Source of the DNA: Deltaproteobacteria bacterium
Lineage (GTDB): Bacteria > Desulfobacterota > Syntrophobacteria > BM002
Assembly: GCA_037384945.1 (NCBI GenBank)
Contig: JARRNM010000038.1
Span: 1 to 57,190 of the forward strand
DNA length: 57,190 bases
Direction of reading: 5' to 3'
Shown piece by piece: positions 55,413 through 57,190 of this stretch. Below the pieces are notes generated by a model that saw only the letters and a list, made by a program, of their open reading frames with translations, was not told the DNA's origin and ran no database searches. Within the stretch, counting starts at the first letter, position 1. Each line of letters begins with the position of its first letter. The position numbers were made by a program, and so were the translations under genes.

Positions 55413-56144
55413 ATGGCCACATTCTCCCTTTTGAAAAACAGACCTCTTACCGTATTGGTCGTGGAAGATGATGCTGAACTCAGAGAAATCCTCCAGGCCG
55501 AATTCGAACTTGAGGGATTGACTGCTCTTACCGCCACAAATGGCAGTGAAGCAGTTACCGCAGCACGAGAATTTAAACCTGATTTAATACTAATGGATTT
55601 AATGATGCCGGTCATGGATGGCATTGAGGCCACCAAAATAGTCAAGGATAATGAAGAAACCAAACATATTCCTATAGTAATGCTCACTGCCGCGGGAAAC
55701 AGAGAGGACATTGTCGCAGCACTCGAGGCCGGCGCAGTTGATTATATAACCAAACCCTTTTTTATGCCTGAGCTTAAAGCTCGTCTAAGGTCTGTGCTTC
55801 AGCATAAAATAATGTATGATGAACTAAAGAGAATCCAGGACACTCTGATAAGAAGGGAGCGACTCCAGACTATAAAGGAGCTTACTGAGGCATTTCAAGG
55901 CTCGATTAATGGACCACTTACAGTTATCCTTGGCAGGATACATCTCCTCAAGAAAAAACACGGCAACATACCTGAGGACGACCTAGAGACCTTGGAGAAG
56001 GCGGCCCACAAAATAAAAGGGATAGTTAATCATTTGGGCATTATGGAGTGGATCTATCCAGCATCACTTTTGAGTGATACCCCTGCGGTTGACCTACCGC
56101 TTCTCAACCAGGACAATAAAATGGCGGATTTCAGATTGAGATAA
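55413..56144 (+). CDS. Response regulator receiver plus degenerate HisKA-like helix pair
   Basis: VEDD, MDLMMP, MLTA, YITKPF. The tail INGPLTVILG is DHp-like but has no His and no ATPase domain. Confidence 0.85.
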   Translation: MATFSLLKNRPLTVLVVEDDAELREILQAEFELEGLTALTATNGSEAVTAAREFKPDLILMDLMMPVMDGIEATKIVKDNEETKHIPIVMLTAAGNREDIVAALEAGAVDYITKPFFMPELKARLRSVLQHKIMYDELKRIQDTLIRRERLQTIKELTEAFQGSINGPLTVILGRIHLLKKKHGNIPEDDLETLEKAAHKIKGIVNHLGIMEWIYPASLLSDTPAVDLPLLNQDNKMADFRLR

Positions 56145-56198
56145 ATGAAGCGCCAAAATCTTCAATCCAAAATCTCAAATCTTACCTGACCCACGGGG

Positions 56199-56621
56199 TT
56201 ACATGCGAATCATCCGGCTCACCTGGGAATCAACGCATGTATATATTTCCTCGTCGGTACCGTAAATGTCCACTATCGTTCGGTGGTTAATCAGCGTTTC
56301 GATGATAAAGGCGGTAAGGTAGAGACTAATGAAATTGGGACGACGCACGATCGTTCTTAATGGTGCGATCCGGTACTGAACGTCAAAATCTTCTGCTGAT
56401 ATTAGTGTCTTGATACATCCGGCCAGCTGGCGTTCGAGTTCCTTTTTGTTTTTGGTCTCTATGAGCTTGTCCTCAATCAACTTCATGGCGATCCGATTCG
56501 CCAGATCCTCCCCTACCTCGTATAGCTGACTAATGGCTCCTGCCCTTGCTGCTTCTTTAGCAGAGTCCAACCGAGATATTACATTGCTTTCCCTGACATT
56601 TGGTCTGTAGTCTCTTGCCAT
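56199..56621 (-). CDS. Conserved hypothetical protein
   Basis: 140 aa, protein-like composition, GCAGAGGG RBS, co-oriented with the neighbouring gene. Confidence 0.7.
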   Translation of the reverse strand: MARDYRPNVRESNVISRLDSAKEAARAGAISQLYEVGEDLANRIAMKLIEDKLIETKNKKELERQLAGCIKTLISAEDFDVQYRIAPLRTIVRRPNFISLYLTAFIIETLINHRTIVDIYGTDEEIYTCVDSQVSRMIRM

Positions 56622-56687
56622 CCCTCTGCACCTCGAATCGATTCTTCGCTATTATCCTTACCACTTGCGAAGTCATCATTTTACCAA

Positions 56688-57190
56688 CTATTGTCCAGCG
56701 CTGCACTCGTTCAGAAAATTTTTCAGTGCTTTCGACACCTCCCCCTTCATTGGCAAGAAATGCACGCCAACAATATAGCCTTCACCCTTGTCTTTCGGTC
56801 TCGACCACACAACTTCTCCCTTCAGAGGAATGATCCCGTGGCGCGATGAATTCAACTTTGTATGAAAGATACTGCCTACTTTGAGCTTAGTCAATGAGTG
56901 TAAACGCATACCCCCCAGACTGAGATTTAAAATTCGAATTTTCTTTCCCTGAGAAACTTGAACAACAAGCTCTTCACCCTCTGAAACGCTCTGCCTCGGA
57001 TGCCGCCGTCGCTCCGGCAGCATTACCTGGATACTGGTGCTCTTGATGAGAGCATAAAGATAGTCCACCAAACTGGTCAAGCGAGTCTTATCTTCAATGG
57101 ACCTGTCTCTTTCCACCTGACCTTCGATGCTTTCTTGGAGATCGGCAATCTCGAGGAGCAGATCGTCTAGCTGGGTCTTCAGCTCTCTGT
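56688..57190 (-). CDS. Coiled-coil plus PilZ domain protein, 5' partial
   Basis: RRHPR and NLSLGG c-di-GMP motifs, VVWSR. The frame stays open to the window end. Confidence 0.85.
   Translation of the reverse strand, partial: RELKTQLDDLLLEIADLQESIEGQVERDRSIEDKTRLTSLVDYLYALIKSTSIQVMLPERRRHPRQSVSEGEELVVQVSQGKKIRILNLSLGGMRLHSLTKLKVGSIFHTKLNSSRHGIIPLKGEVVWSRPKDKGEGYIVGVHFLPMKGEVSKALKNFLNECSAGQ

Overview
AT-balanced bacterial chromosome segment whose gene content and style suggest Desulfobacterota/Deltaproteobacteria (inference). Left to right: partial panE; lipoprotein hydrolase; an RND efflux set whose TolC carries an extra N-terminal substrate-binding-like domain; a ~26 kb carbohydrate/central-carbon cluster (GH13_18 phosphorylase, pgi, glgX, pyk, SLC13 permease, a nucleoside-phosphorylase-fold unknown, pfk, pgm, pckA, GH65 phosphorylase, beta-PGM, fba, eno, apgM) that lacks gap/pgk/tpi but is capped by a two-subunit W/Mo aldehyde:ferredoxin oxidoreductase resembling the bacterial GAP:ferredoxin oxidoreductase (GOR); an Mla/Pqi ABC operon; SBP, MscS, GGDEF, SIS, uppP and NarL genes; a decayed 4.8 kb island integrated in tRNA-Ala(GGC) with an integrase remnant and two IS91-like ori ends flanking an APC permease; then signalling genes. 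Most larger intergenic gaps hold 7-nt-periodic inverted-repeat elements or TA-ended MITE-like elements. Several genes carry clean deletion-frameshift lesions, which may be decay or assembly artefact. No CRISPR array or rRNA was seen. All product calls come from motif recognition without database searches.
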